Shown piece after piece: positions 63,371 through 64,000 of a DNA stretch of 64,000 nt. The position numbers were made by a program, and so were the translations under genes. Origin of the DNA: an uncultured Candidatus Peribacteria bacterium (GTDB taxonomy: Bacteria; Patescibacteriota; Gracilibacteria; Peribacterales; Peribacteraceae); assembly GCA_964554785.1 (NCBI GenBank), contig CAZKPW010000003.1, forward strand, positions 98,243-162,242. The letters are read 5' to 3'. Position 1 is the first letter of the stretch, and each line of letters opens with the position of its first letter. Under the pieces are notes generated by a model, which saw nothing but the letters and a program-made list of their open reading frames with translations, was not told the DNA's origin and searched no databases.

Positions 63371-64000
63371 TCAGGCATGTGGATGATATTGCTCTCCAGA
63401 TTGATGGGTGGGATCGACATGTACGGTCGCCAGTGACAGATAGTTCAGATGATGGAATAGCTCGTGCTGCACGTCACTTGCGATGTCATGTCCCTGTTCC
63501 ACCGATAAAGAAGGCTCCACGGCGATATTCATCTCGATATGCAGTTTGTGTCCTATCCATCGCGCCCGTACGTCGCTTACATCTTGCACACCGGAAACAT
63601 GGCTGACTGCGTGACTGATCTCGTCCAAAATCTCCGGCTCCACGCCATCGAGGGCGCGGAGGAAGACCGCCTTCACCGATTGCCAGACAATCACAAGAAT
63701 TGCCACGGTGATCCCCAACCCTATGATAGGGTCAGCCAACGGAAATCCCAGCCAGACACCGAGAGCACCGAAAAGCACCGCAAGACTTGTCCAACCATCC
63801 GTCCGCGCATGGTAGCCATCAGCTATAAGGGCGGCGCTGTTGATCTCCTTTCCTACTCTAATGCGGAATATAGCTACGACTTCGTTCCCAATGAATCCGA
63901 CAATAGAGGCAGCGACAACCGCCCAGAGAAAGGTGACCTGCTGTGGGTGCAATAAACGATCAATTGACGTGTAACCGGCAACAATCGCGCTAAAGAGGAT
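63371..64000 (-). CDS. Cation diffusion facilitator (CDF) transporter, partial; 5' end outside the window
   Basis: ..NSAALIADGYHARTDGWTS.. (TM5 HxxxD) plus a C-terminal cytoplasmic domain ..VSDVRARWIGHKLHIEMNIAV... The frame stays open to the window edge. Confidence 0.85.
   Translation of the reverse strand: MLFSAIVAGYTSIDRLLHPQQVTFLWAVVAASIVGFIGNEVVAIFRIRVGKEINSAALIADGYHARTDGWTSLAVLFGALGVWLGFPLADPIIGLGITVAILVIVWQSVKAVFLRALDGVEPEILDEISHAVSHVSGVQDVSDVRARWIGHKLHIEMNIAVEPSLSVEQGHDIASDVQHELFHHLNYLSLATVHVDPTHQSGEQYHPHA

Overview
Chromosomal segment of a small-genome bacterium that uses the standard genetic code (TGA ends recQ, dusB and the MFS gene). The gene content suggests a CPR/Patescibacteria-like organism, but that is inference only. 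The backbone is housekeeping: recQ, rpsA, clpC-type chaperone, rplK/rplA, ruvB, metG, fmt, argS, nrnA-like, dus, tatD, yidD, and a murF/DegT-like/DUF3052-like/FemAB cell-wall operon. There are ten tRNA genes and no rRNA, CRISPR array, reverse transcriptase or integrase. Type IV secretion-like components are scattered among these core genes: four VirB2/TrbC-like pilin paralogs, a PrgI/VirB3-like gene with a stand-alone VirB4 N-domain-like gene, and a VirB4/TraC ATPase with a lipoprotein. The most unusual region is 56.6-63.4 kb. It is an integrase-less, replication-module island (lambda O-like initiator, SpoVG-like protein, Zn-ribbon protein, unknown ORFs). It ends in a 967-aa SF2 helicase fused to ~560 aa of unrecognised sequence with a nuclease-like motif, which is a candidate single-gene defence module. 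Other notable features:
- a 4-tRNA operon without encoded CCA, including one tRNA with an expanded anticodon arm
- oligomer-repeat palindromic elements in many spacers whose motifs recur in-frame inside CDSs
- a CIRCE-like operator before clpC
- a membrane-anchored MurF
- a promoter + 33-codon ORF + terminator micro-unit
All functional calls come from motif reading of the translations, not from database searches.
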